Assembly (NCBI GenBank): GCA_964016885.1
Contig: OZ024742.1
Coordinates: 344,968,001 to 345,032,000 of the forward strand
Reading direction: 5' to 3'
Origin: Eledone cirrhosa
Lineage: Eukaryota
Length of the DNA: 64,000 nucleotides
Made by a program: the position numbers and the translations under genes. This document shows, piece after piece, positions 26,502 through 39,369 of this stretch (position 1 is the stretch's first letter; every line of letters starts with the position of its first letter). The notes beneath the pieces were generated by a model. It made no database searches, was not told the DNA's origin, and was given only the letters and a program-made list of their open reading frames with translations.

Positions 26502-26732
26502 TTAATCCTTTAGTATTTACATTACTCTCTATGTTTACTATTGTATTTTCGTGGTAAACGCTTTACCTCACATAATAATCTCACATAATATCGAATCTAT
26601 GAGATTTTAATGATATTTTTATGGAGAACAATAACTTAACATCAGTATGAGTGGCCAGTTATGGGTGATTTGAACAGAAAAAGATGAGAGAATTCTGGCC
26701 GGATATGGCCGTTTTAAATTCTAAAGGGCTAG
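26502..26732. mobile_element. piggyBac-like MITE (degenerate)
   Basis: Ends TTAA-TCCTTTAG ... CTAAAGGG-CTAG resemble TTAA/CCCTT piggyBac termini. Confidence 0.5.
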
Positions 26733-26744
26733 GGTGTTCAACTT

Positions 26745-27200
26745 ACGATCGTAACATCGAATAAACGGAATATATGAAATATATGAAGAGGATACTTGAC
26801 CTGATTATGATATTTTCATGTATAGGGATATACTTTAACCAACATCTTGAGTTGGTGGATTTGAAAGAACCAGAGAGAGCAAGGCGAGGTGAGAAGTAAC
26901 AAATTAATTCTATTAATGGAACTAAAAAAATATGTAAAACATTTCAGAAATTCATAATTTAATAGATTCCCACATACAATAACATCAGTACTTGCACACA
27001 CACATACGCACACACACATACACACATACACACATACACACATACACACATACACACATACACACACACAGACATACACACATACACACACACACAGACA
27101 TACACACATACACACACACACATTCACACATACACACACATACATATTTATCTAGTTGATGTTTAAATTCTAATGAAACTGTCTCGTATCTGTTAGAAAA
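26745..27200 (+). mobile_element. Old 3' fragment of an RLE LINE related to 27930-29760
   Basis: Shares ATTAATGGAAC...ATATGTAAAACATT and CTAGTTGATGTT...GTTAGAAA with 29500-29705. Confidence 0.6.
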
Positions 27201-27204
27201 CAAT

Positions 27205-27345
27205 AATTGTTTCTACTATTGGCACAAGGCCAGCAAATACCCAGTACGTGACTGGTACTTTATTTTATCGACCCCGTAAGGATGAAAGGCAAAGTTAACC
27301 TCGGCGGGATTTGAACTCAGAATGGCAAGGGCCGTAACTCTATGC
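27205..27345 (-). mobile_element. 5'-truncated SINE (MetaSINE-like)
   Basis: Same core as 12551-12735. Confidence 0.85.
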
Positions 27346-27361
27346 GTCAATGAAACCAGAA

Positions 27362-27858
27362 CTACATACATACATACATCCATACAAACATCCATACATA
27401 TATACATACATACATACATACATACAAACATGCATACATATATACATGGTGGCTGCCAACCCGTTTTCGAGTACGGCCACTACTTTATATCCATGTAGGA
27501 GAACCCCTACCGATGCGCTGAACGAGTGTGACTTTTTAGTCCAGCCAGCGACTTGAAAACTCTGGTACAAACACTACACTTGTGACAATTATTGACACAT
27601 AGTGCTGGGCCCATGGTACCATGTGATGACAAGTGCAGAGAGATCTCCAGATATAAAGCAATGCCTGTGCCGTGAAGCTTTTATAGTGAGCAAAGGCACT
27701 GCACAAAGCCAGTCCCACTCTCTTAACCAAGATGATATTTACCAAAAAGAAGAACAAGTCAACATCATTGGATACCATCAGGGTTGCAGGTGTTATATCA
27801 GAGTTTTCCTTCTCCTAGAATTCTGCCTTTACAAAGGCTAAGGGGTCGTCCCTCCCGG
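27362..27858 (-). mobile_element. Short non-autonomous retroposon with (ATGT)n tail, related to 16660-17020
   Basis: Shared GCAATGCCT.TGC, CAACATCAT.GG, CCTTCTCCTAGAA and GGCTA.GGGGTC blocks. Confidence 0.6.
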
Positions 27859-27929
27859 ACATACATACATACATACATACATACATACAAACATACATAT
27901 ATACATACATACATACATACATATATACC

Positions 27930-29760
27930 CCTTGTCCTTTCTGCTCAAGAAATGTGAGGGATACATCATTGACTCACAGGAGGACAGAAATACGAACCTA
28001 ACCCATAATTTCTTCGTGGACGATCTGAAACTCTATGCCTAGAACATGGATGGGACGAAGAAAAATCTTGACCTGGTTACAACGTTCTCAAAGGATATAG
28101 GAACGGAGTTTGGCCAAGATAAATGCTCATACATGATTGTAAAGGGGGCAAAATAACAACCAAATCTAGCAATATTGTCATCAATGGCCTAATTGTTTCA
28201 CCAATATCTGATGAGGACTGCTACAGATACCTGGGGATAGATGAGAACTTATCCTATAATGGTATCTGTAATAAAGAACGCGTAACCAAGGAATACTACA
28301 CCTGATTAAGAAAGATCTGGTCATCGGAACTCTCTGTGCAAAACAAAACAGTGGCTCACAATGTGTTTGCTGTGCCTGTCCTCACATCAACGTTTGGAAT
28401 ACTCAATTAGAGGATAGACGAAATCCGAGAAGTTGGTGTTAGAACTCGAAAAACACTAAACAACACCGGAAACTTCCACATCAACAGTGACATAGACCGC
28501 TTTTACTTGAAACGTAAGCAGGGAGGCAGAAGACTAACATCAGTCCAGACAGCATTTGAATGTCGCATCATAGCTCTCCGACAACATCTACGAACCTCGA
28601 ATCGTAGAAGCCCGTCTCTCGAGCAAGTCTATCTGCATGAAGCAGATGAGATCATGAGAGTTGGGAAGGAACTCCTCGAGAGATATTCCCTGTTTGATAA
28701 TCAAAAACTCAGACCCAGGGAAGTCGCTCAGCAGTATCGCAGTGAATCCATGGATGAAAATCTGCATGCTTATCAGCAAAAAATCATGCATGGATATGTT
28801 GCCAGGAAGCTCCAGAGTGAGAGTAATATAGATAAGGAAAGTAATCTATCTCGGACCAACAACCGCTATATTGGCTCCCACTTTGAAGGATACGCTTTTG
28901 CAATCCAAGAACAGATTAACACGAAATACCTAATTCACAAAAGAGATAGGGATGCAGGCAAAACGCCTAGATGTGATAACAAGTGCGGACTCTGCAGAAC
29001 TAACATCGAGGATATCACCCATGTCATCAGCAGCTGTCCAAAGATGTCATCGCGGTACTATCTACCGATGAGGCTTGATGTAGTGGTCAAAATACTGTAC
29101 AATGCAGTTCGTAAAAAATATACCCCGATAATAAACACATTAAAAGCTACAGCAATGTGGAAGACATCCATGTACATAATATGAAAGAGTACTGGTGGAA
29201 TGTTCCAGTAAAACCCTCAATAAAATGCAGGCATAACAGAGCAGATATTATGATATGGGACAGGGAGAAGAAAGCATGCACAGTAGTGGAAATTAGCTGC
29301 CCAGCAGAGGCCAATATAATATCAAAGATTAGCGAAAAGGAGATTATTTATACAGAACTGAGGAGAAATCTGCAGATACTCCACCCTGATTACACCTTCA
29401 GATTTATGCCTGTGATTAATGCCTCAATACAAATCTTGAGAAGCTAGGCTTCACAGGAACAGAAAGAACACAACTAGTTAAAAATTACAAGTACAATACA
29501 TTAATGGAACAGTAAAATATGTAAAACATTCCAAAAATGTTGCATCTAATAACTGCTTATACACATGTACAGATACAAAGCATATACACATGCACACATA
29601 CAACTCAAAACATACACGTCCATATCTACACATGAATTCATACATAAACTACCTAGTTGATGTTGTGTAAATTCCAATGAGAGAGTCTTGTGTCTATGTT
29701 AGAAACCGACTCTCTCTCTATTGGGAAAACATTTGTGAAATTATAAAACCAGAAGAATAT
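27930..29760 (+). mobile_element. 5'-truncated R4/Dong-like RLE LINE, family 2, embedded in (CATA)n
   Basis: FFVDDLKLYA, YRYLGI, SDIDRFYLKRKQGGR, AIQEQ, CGLC..EDITHVISSC, HNRADIMIWD..VVEISCP (PD-D/ExK nuclease); (CATA)n on both flanks. Confidence 0.85.
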
Positions 29761-29776
29761 ACATACATACATAAAT

Positions 29777-29807
<31 letters not shown>

Positions 29808-30327
29808 AACATACATATATATACATACATACATATATACATACATAATTACTGACATAGATACATACATATATACATACTTACATACATACAAACACAC
29901 ATACATATATACGTACATATATACATAGGTACATACATGTATACGTACGTATATGCATACATACATACATACATCGATACATACATAATTGTTTCTACTT
30001 TAGGCACAAGGCCAGCAATTACCCAGTGCATTACTGGTACTTTATTTTTTCGACCCCGTAAGGATGAAAGGTAAAGTTAACATCGATACATACGTAATAC
30101 TTACAAATAAGCAAATATATATATATGTATTTATACATACATACGTATATGCATACATACTTACATATACACACACATATATATACATAATACTTAGTTA
30201 CATATAGGCACACATATATGTAAATACACACATACATGATGGCTGCCCCCTCGTTATCGAATATGGCCATTGCACGAAAAAAAAACATAAAAATAATAAT
30301 AATAATAATAATATTAATAATAATAAT

Positions 30328-33300
30328 GATTTCTTTATTAACCACAAGGGTTTACATGAAGTAGACATTAAGGACAGTGCAGGACAATGCAGGACGGTAC
30401 AAATGGGCATTTCTGCGTGTAAAAAACAAAAACAGAGGATGTAACAAAAAATAACAATGAAAAATTCCCCAATAGGGGGCAGACTTCGGAGGGACATTTG
30501 TGGAGAAAGCCCAGTAAAAAGCCACAATGACCCTGACCACCAAGGCAAGTGCCCTCTCCGAGTTTTCCACCTTTAATTTACAGATATATACTCAGAGTAG
30601 GCCCATTCACTCGGGCCATTCTTGCTTCTCTCACCCATCTTTCAACAAAATGCTGGGAAGAGAGCACTTCCCTCTCTACTCTGATTTTCCTTTTCAAATG
30701 AAATTTGAAAAAGTCAATCAGAGCATCACCGAAGAGGTAAGTGCTCGTCTTCAGCCCTTTCAAACGTGTCCACCATACTATCTCTTTCACCATGGCCACC
30801 AGGCAGATAAAAACTGCCTGCCCTTCCCGGCTAAAGGAGGAGGGCGGGGCAATCCTCACGATGGACTCAGATGATAGCCGGATCCGTCCTAAACGCGACA
30901 GCAGGTGTTCGACATAAACCCACAAGTCAGCAATTTTCGGACACTGGACGAGTGCGTGCAGGACGGTTTCGTCGCCCTGCGCGCATCTCGGACATGCCCG
31001 GCTGACGGCACCTCCATGCCTGTAGAGTTTATCCCGAACTGGCAAGGCTCCTCGGTAGCACTGCCAGGCCAGAGATTTCTGGAAGTTGTCCATAGGCCCT
31101 GGCCCGAAAGTTCTTCCGAAGAGATTGGCTAGTTGATTTTCGTCGACGCCTAGAGTTTCCCCAAGTACGTCGTCGCTCTTCCCCTCCACTAATCCTCTAT
31201 AGAACGCCGAGGTGGAGTTTCCACCGATCACATTGCCCGATTGGTCGAGGGCTGTGAGCGCCTGAAGACATTCCAGTCTCCAGGCGCTCCCTCTCGGTCT
31301 TCGCTTGACCCAGGACTGCAGCTCCGTCAAGGAAACGAGCTGGGGAAAAACGCGTCTAGCAAACGGCGACCACACCTGATCACCGTCGAGGAAGAGGTGG
31401 AGATGTCGTAGCCTGAGCGCGTGCCTGCGCATCATCAGCCACGGCATGCCCAGCCCTCCACGTAGCGGGTGTTGACAACAGATGGACCGCCTGACCATCG
31501 GAGCACGTCCCTTCCACAAAAAGCGAAAGAGCAAACGCTCCAGCGCAGTCAGGCGAGGCTTAGGACAAGGTACGACGGTTAGGCGGTAGCAGATGAGAGA
31601 CGCGATGTACGCGTTAGCCACCTCCGCTCAACCTTTCAGGGATAGCTTCCTCTCCGCCCATTTCTGGGTGAGAGAAGGCACCCTGCTCGTCACCTCGTCC
31701 CAGTTTTTGTCCGTCTGGAGGTCCGGACCGAACCAGACCCCTAGCAACTTAACCGGTCCGTCCGTCCAGCGCCCGACGACGCTGTTGGACGGCATGGACC
31801 TGCCTCTCCAGGTGCCGAGCTGCAGGCCCACTGACTTTTCCTGGTTGATCATTGCTCCTGTCACCGCTTCGTATTCTCTTAGTGTAGTGCCGATCGCCTC
31901 GATGTGTTTGGCGTTCGACACCGCTACGGTGACATCGTCCGCATATGCTGACACGGATCTTCCGCATCCTAGTTCGCGCGGGACTCCCCTCAACGTCTCC
32001 AGTTTGTGCAGTAATGGCTCGAGAGTCAATACGTACAAGAGGGACGAGAGGGGACATCTTTGGCGGACCGAGCGCATGATGTTGAACGGTTCCAAAAGGA
32101 GACCGTTCACTCTCACCACAGCAGATGTCCCTTTTCATGGCAGCGATCCAGCCTCTGAAGACGGGCCCAAAGCCAGCCGCCATCAGGATTGCCGCTAGGT
32201 GACGATGGTCGACCCTATCGAACGCTTTCGACTGATCTAAATTGATCAAGGACCCACCCGTGCCAGGTTCCCTAGCTACCCTCTCTACGATGTATCGCAT
32301 GAGGTGGAGGTTGTCGTGGATGGATCTGTCGGGAATGGCGCATGTCTGCGCCTCTCCCACCAGACCACCAACGACAAGCGCCAACCTCTTTGCTAGAACC
32401 TTGGCAAAAATCTTGAACTCTGTGTTTAGCAGGGTTATGGGCCTGAAATTATCTATGTTATAACCCTTGTTCGGATCCTTTCTCAGCGGTGCCACCGCTC
32501 CTCGGCTCACAGAGCTGGGAATTCTGCCGTTCTGTTGCCAGTTGCAGTAGACGTCCGCCAAGAGGCCTCCGAACAAGTCTGGCATCTGTACGTAAAGTTC
32601 ATAGGGCAGACCATCCAAACCAGGCGATTTACCCCTAGTGCAGCCAGTCATTGCCTCCCGTACTTCAGCGGCTGTTATCGGCTTTTCGCAACACTCCGCC
32701 TCAGTGGCCGAGAGCCGCGGCAGTCCGTCGAGGTAGACACTAAAGTCCATCCCTCGACCCGGCCCACCGCTGCCCCCGAACAGCTGAGCGAAGTGTCGTT
32801 GAAAAGTTTCACACATTTGTCCGGGATCGAGTAGCATGCGCCCGTCGTGGTCCACCAAAGACCGGATCGTGGCTTTGTTTCCACGACGCGCCTCCGTCAC
32901 TCGGGCCCATTGAACGGCTTTCGTCCCCTCGTGTCTGAGAGCACGCACCCTAGCTCTGACAACGCAGCCTTCGTGCTTTGCATTGAAGAATTGGTCAAGG
33001 GCCAATTTCGCCGCAAGCACGTCGGTCGCGATGCCTTTGCTAAGCGCCTCGTCTAATTTTCTAACTAGTTCTCCCTCTGATCTATTTTTCTCTATTGCTA
33101 AAGCCTTACTAAACCTAATGGATTCTATTCTAATCGCTCTTTTCAGAGCAAACCACCAATTGTTGTTGACGATGGCCCCCGTCAACGCCCGCTTAACTAG
33201 TTCGCTAATCCGGTCTCTGTAGGCCTTGCGCGCTGGTAAGGACGCGTTTAGCTTCCAGTAGCCGGTTCCTCGTCTATGAAGCCTATCTAAGTCAAGCACA

Positions 33301-36185
33301 CAGATCACGAATTTGTGGTCCGTGTAGCTAACTATCTTGAATTGTGGACAGCCTATGCTAGACCTATCTATTTCCCTACAAAATACTCTATCTAGATATG
33401 ATCTGGATGACCCTATGCGATTTGTCCAAGTCCACATTGGCACATTCGGGAAATCCAATCGGTACCTGTCAGACAGTTCAAAACGCCTGATCAGGTTGGT
33501 GAGGCTCTTGCACCCTCCACGCATATCCGCTAATCCCACACAGTCCCAGCGTGCAACTAAGATCCCGTTCCAGTAGCCCACTAACACTAAATAGCGGGAC
33601 GTTCCAAGAAAGGGCTCCAGACGCCGGAAGAAATCAGGCCGCCTTGCTCCTGTTGGGGCATAGACGGCCACCAGCCTGAAAGCTTGCCCGTCTCTGCTGG
33701 TTACCTCCAGCACCACCAACTTACCCTCTGGGTCCAGGAAGATGGCCCGTATGGCGAGATCCAAACTTCTCCGAAAAATCACAGCAACTCCTTCCCCCCG
33801 ATCCAGGATGGCTGGGAGATGCGTACACATCGTAGCCGCAGAAGATCGGTGCGAAGGCCCGTGCTTCGGAGAATCTGGTCTCGCTGATGGCCACTACATC
33901 AATGTTTAGTGACCTGAGGTCGTTGAGCAGATGACCCTGCTTCCATGACGACCCCAAGCCACGCGCATTTATGCTGCCTTTTCTGAGTGAGGTCATGTTT
34001 AAAATAGAGTGGAAAAGTGGGAAAGACAACTTACCGTACTTTTCGTAGAGGAAGGATGGTTTCTCCATCCCTTTTCACTTGATCGTCTGGTGAAGGGACC
34101 GTTGAATCGTCCTTTCCGCTGGACGTCGGCTCTTCTATGAGTATGTCCGAATATACTCTCCGGTTGAGAGTCCCTCCTAGGTCTCTGAAATCACCAACTG
34201 CGTTGGGGAATTTCGTTTTGATGTGTGTGTATTGTTTCTGTGCTATTTTTAGCAGTCTTATGTTAGTTGGCGTTTTGATTGGTGCTGGTATTATGTAGTC
34301 GTGCTGTGAAATGTCTGTTTGTTCAATTATGTAAGTCATTAGTTTCTTGTTGTGTGTATTTATTGCCGTGCATTTGTTTTTCTGGGGGTGGGGTGTGGTT
34401 CTGCTATTTTCTTGTCGTTGTTGCTGGGTGTGTGTGTTTTGTTGTTGTGTTTGCGATGTTGGTGCTTGTGGTGGTGGTGGTGTTGAAGGTGTTGTTGTTG
34501 TTGGCGGTGGGGTTGTCGCCGGTGGTGATGGTGGTGCTAGTGTGGGTGGTGATGGTGTTGGTGGTGTTGCTGCTGTGAGTCTCTTTGCAGTAGCCTTTAC
34601 CCTTTTTTCATTTCTTTCCTCCCTTTTCGAAGGCGACGATGCGCTGCTTCTGCGTTTGTGCCTTCTTACGACCTTTTGCCATCCCTCTCCCACCTCACAC
34701 TCCATGTCTGATTCTGTGAGGTTGGGGAGGGGTACCAGCTCCACTCTTTCACTTGTTGTTGTTGGTGATGTTTGTAGTGGGGTCTCTGTTGCAGCTGCAT
34801 TTGGTATTACTGTTGTTGTTGTTAATACTTCCCCTGCTGCTGCTCTTCTTGATTTCCGTGGCGTGGGTATGGGTGCCACGGACCTATCGTTCCTGGTTGC
34901 CGCTTGTCCTGTTGCTGATAGCCGTGGAGCCATGGAGTCTTCGATCGACAGCGAAAGCATTTCGGGCGTTTGCCCTCAACACTTATGGGCAGTTGAGTGC
35001 CGTTATCGAAGTCTATCGCATCCGGGATAGCTTCGATGCACTCCTGGTTGGTTTGGATTAACATCTCAATGGAGGTGCCGACCCAATCGTCTCTTACTTG
35101 TTTCTGTACTTGCAGTACAGTTGTTTTGTCCTCGATTCCGACGAGGACAGACGCGGCCAGCCAAGAAGGGGCCATCCCGGGGGGGGACGTGGGTCAGTTT
35201 GACCCTCACAATTTTTTGCCCGCAGTAGGAGGGCACCAACACTATTTCCTCGCTCCTTAAGGCTTTTTGTATTTGAGCCTCTGTGGCTCTTTCAACCCTA
35301 CGGGATTTTGTGCTTACTGTACGGTACGTGACCGTACAGTGCTGTTGGGTTTCGAAAGATTTTTCGGCTGCCTTGCAGATTGCTCGGTGTCCGGTTTTCG
35401 TCACCATCTTCTTCGCTTCCTCTAATTCCTCATTTGTTATGAGAATGGTTTCCAGGTTCTTTGCGATACCTGCAAACGAGATTGGTTTTTCTTTGCTGCT
35501 GTTGTTGTTGTTGTTGTTGTCGTCAGAGCTGCTGTTACTTTTGTTGTTGCTGCAGGTACTACGACTACTGCCGCCGCCGCTGTTGCTGTGGTTGTTGTTG
35601 TTGTTGCTGCTGCTGCTGTTGTTGTTGCTGCTAATGCTGTTGTTGTTTATGCTGCTGCTGTTGTTTTCCTTGTCACTGTTGCTGCTGCTGCTGTTATTAC
35701 GGCTGCTACTGCTATTATTCCTGACGTCAGATGAATGAAATGGGATGTCGTATTTCCCGCACACCTTTTTCGTCGTTGTCGTCGTGGAGAAATGTTGCAC
35801 GCTTTCTACGTGATCTTTCTTTACTGGCTTCGCTTGCGAAAGAGAAGGGAGGGAGAGAGACACATTTAGAAAAGGGAGGGGGAGAGACAATCTTCTCTCT
35901 GCTGTAGTGACGATTGAGGAAGAAGACGGAATGAGTGGGAGTGACCTATGAAAATTCTTTTTCGTCGCCATGTTTTTTTTTGTTTAAAATAAATATTGGG
36001 TACAAAACCCCAATAAGCGGTTATTTAACCCCGAAGGGCCAAATAACGGACAGAAAGAACCCTCTCACAAGGAGGAGGGTGTTTTTGTCTACAATTTGGT
36101 TAAAGTTTTAAACAATTTACAATTGTTATAGCGGTCAAAATTTACAATGCCTTACAGAGCCGAGCCTCCGTCAACCATAGCATTC
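30328..36185 (-). mobile_element. Tx1/L1-clade LINE, family A, apparently full length (5' UTR, ORF1 ~35971-34031, ORF2 ~33996-30578, 3' UTR, (ATT)n tail); frameshifted
   Basis: ORF1 with N/S/T low complexity and CFRC Zn knuckle; APE and RT motifs; YADD in ORF 31628..32119; CPRC..ETVLH; AATAAAGAAATC(ATT)n 3' end. Confidence 0.93.
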
Positions 36186-36201
36186 AATAATAATAATAAT
36201 A

Positions 36202-39200
36202 ATGCTTTCTTTATTAATCACAAGGGTCTACATAAAGTAGACATTAAGGACAGTACAGGACAATACAGGGCGGTACAAATGGGCATTTCTGCGTGTAAAA
36301 AACAAGAAACAGAGGATGTAATAATAGAACAATGAAAACATTCCCCAATAGGGGGGAGACTTCCGAGGGACATTCGTGGAGAAAGCCCATTAAAAAGCCA
36401 CAGTGACCCTGACCACCAGGTCAAGTGCCCTCTCCCAGTTTTCCACCTTTAATTTACTGACACATACTCAGTGTAGGCCCATTCACTCGGGCCATTCTTG
36501 CCTCTCTCACCCATCTTTCAACAAAATGCTGGGAAGAGAGCACTTCCCTTTCTACCCTGATTTTCCTTTTTAAATGAAATTTGAAAAAGTTAATCAGGGC
36601 ATCACCGAAGAGGTAAGTGCTCGTCTTCAGCCCTTTCAAACGTGTCCACCATACTAACTCTTTCGCCATGGCCACCAGACAGATAAAAATTTCTGCCCTT
36701 CGCGGCTAAAGGAAGAAGGCGGGGCAATCCTCACGATGGACTCAGCTGATAGCTGGATCCGTCCTACACGCGACAGCAGGTGTTCGACATAAACCCACAA
36801 GTCAGCAATTCTCGGACACTGGACGAGTGCGTGCAGGACGCTTTCGTCGCTCTGCGCGCATCTCGGACATGCCCGCGGACGGCACCTCCATGCCTGTAGA
36901 GTTTATCCCGAACTGGCAAAGCTCCTCGGTAGCACTGCCAGGCCAGGGATTTCTGGAAGTTGTCCATAGGCCCCGGCCCGAAAGTTCTTCCGAAGAGATT
37001 GGCTAGTTGATTTTCGTCGACGCCTAGAGTTTCCCCAAGTACGTCGTCGCTCTTCCCCTCCACTAATCCTCTATAGAACGCCAAGGTGGAGTTTCCACCG
37101 ATCACATTGCCCGATTGGTCGAGGGCTGTGAGCGCCTGAAGACATTTCAGTCTCCAAGCGCTCCCTCTCGGTCTTCGCTTAACCCAGGACTGCTGCTCCG
37201 TAAAGGAGACGAGCTGGGGAAAGACGCGTCTAGCAAACGGAGACCACACCTGATCACCGTCGAGGAAGAGGTGGAGATATCGTAGCCTGAGCGCGTGTCT
37301 GCGCATCATCAGCCACGGCATGCCCAGGCCTCCACGTAGCGGGTGTTGACAGCAAATGGACCGCCTGATCATCGGAGCGAGTGCCTTCCACAAAAAGCGA
37401 AAGAGCAAACGCTCCAGCGCAGTCAGGCGGGGCTTAAGACAAGGTACGACGGTCAGGCGGTAGTAGATGACGGACACGATGTACGCATTCGCCACCTCCG
37501 CTCAACCTTTCAGAGATAGCTTCCTCTCGGCCCATTTCTGGTTGAGAGAAGCCACCCTGCTCGTCACCTCGTCCCAGTTTTTGTCCGTCTGGAGATCCGG
37601 ACCGAACCAGACCCCGAGCAATTTAACTGGTCCGTCCGTCCAGCGCCCCACGACGCTGTTGGACGGCATGGACCTGCCTCTCCAGGTGCCGAGCTGCAGG
37701 CCCACCGACTTTTCCTGGTTGATCATTGCTCCTGTCACCGCTTCGTATTCTCTTAGTGTAGTGCCGATCGCCTCGATGTGTTTGGCGTTCGACACCACTA
37801 CGGCGACATCGTCCGCATATGCTGACACGGATCTTCCGCATCCTAGTTCGCGCGGGACGCCCCTCAACGTCTCCAGTTTATGCAGTAATGGCTCGAGAGT
37901 CAAAACGTACAAATCGCTCTTTTCAGAGCAAACCACCATTTGTTGTTGACGATGGCCCCCGTCAACGTCCGCTTAACTAGTTCAATAATCCAGTCTCTGT
38001 AGGCCTTGCGCGTTGTTAATGACGCGTTTAGCTTCCAGTTACAGTGTTCCTGTCTATGAAGCCTATCTAATTCAACCTCACAGATCACGAATTTGTGGTC
38101 CGTGTAGTCAACTATTTGGAAATGTGGACAGCCTATGCTAGAACTATCTATTTCCCTACAAAATATTCTATCTAGATATGATCTGGATGACCCGATGGCA
38201 TTTGTCCATGATCACATTGGCACATTCGTGAAATCCAGAGGGTACCTGTTAAACAGTTGAAACCGTCTGAGCAGGTTTACGAGGCTTTTACACCCTCCTC
38301 CCCTATCGCTAATCCCACAGAGTCCCAGCGTGCATCTAAGATCCCGTTCCAGTCGCCCACTAAGAATAAAGAGCGGGACGTTCCAAGAAAGGTAGAAACC
38401 GGTCGAAATCAGGCCCCCCTGCTCCTGTCGCGGCATAGACGGCCACTAGCCTGAAAGCTTGCCCGTTTCCGCTGGTCACGTCCAGCACCACCAACTTACC
38501 TTCTGTGTCCGGGAAGATGGCTCGTATGGCGATATCCAAACCACTACGAAAAAGCACAACAACTCCTCCCCCGATCCAGGATGGCTGGGAGATGCGTACA
38601 CATCGTAGCCGCCGAAGATCGGTGCGAAGGATCGTGCTTCGGAGATTCTGCTCTCGCTGATGGCCACCACATCTATGTTTAGTGACCTGAGGTCGTTGAG
38701 CAGGTGTCTCTGCTTCCATGACGACCCCAGGCCACGCGCATTTATGCTGCCTATACTGAGTGAGTTCATGTTTAAAAGGAGTGGAAAAAGATGGGAAAGA
38801 CCACTTACCTCACTTCTCGTAGAGGAAGGATGGTTTCTCCATCCTTCTCACTGCTTATGGTCTCCTCCGGAAGGATGTCTTTATAAATGTTCCTGGAGAC
38901 TGTTTGTCAGAAGTCTCGGATGTCCTTGGGGAATTTTTGTTTTAGTGTCGTGTACGTTTTCTGTGTGATGGGAGTGATTTGTATGTGTGGAGGTGGTGTG
39001 CATTTTTGGGGTGTTGTGTAGTCTTTTTCTGTGATGCTGGTGTTGTGTTTGATGTAGTGTAATACATTGGTTGTTGTTCAAATGTATTGCTGTGTAGTGT
39101 GTACCGTTTTGGGTGTTTTGTTTTGTTTGCGTTTGTTGTAGGTTTGTTTCTGTTTCGATATTTGGTGATTTGGGTGGTGTTGGTGATGGTGGTTGTGGGG

Positions 39201-39360
39201 TTAATGATGGTGATGGTGTTGGTTTTTGTGATGATGGGGTTGGTCATGCTGGTGTGGGTGGTGGCATAGCTGTCTTAACTTTTTTGTTTGTTTGCTTGTT
39301 TCCCCCTGCATTTTGTTTATGGAGGGGGAAGGAAGGGGATTTTTTTTCCATTTTGGGTTA
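36202..39360 (-). mobile_element. Tx1/L1-clade LINE, family A copy, 5'-incomplete, with ~1.1 kb internal deletion
   Basis: 3' half nearly identical to 30330-32038; junction at ~37911 joins sequence equivalent to 32038 and 33132; ORF2 start MNSLSIGSINARG at 38769. Confidence 0.92.
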
Positions 39361-39369
39361 TTTTTTCTT

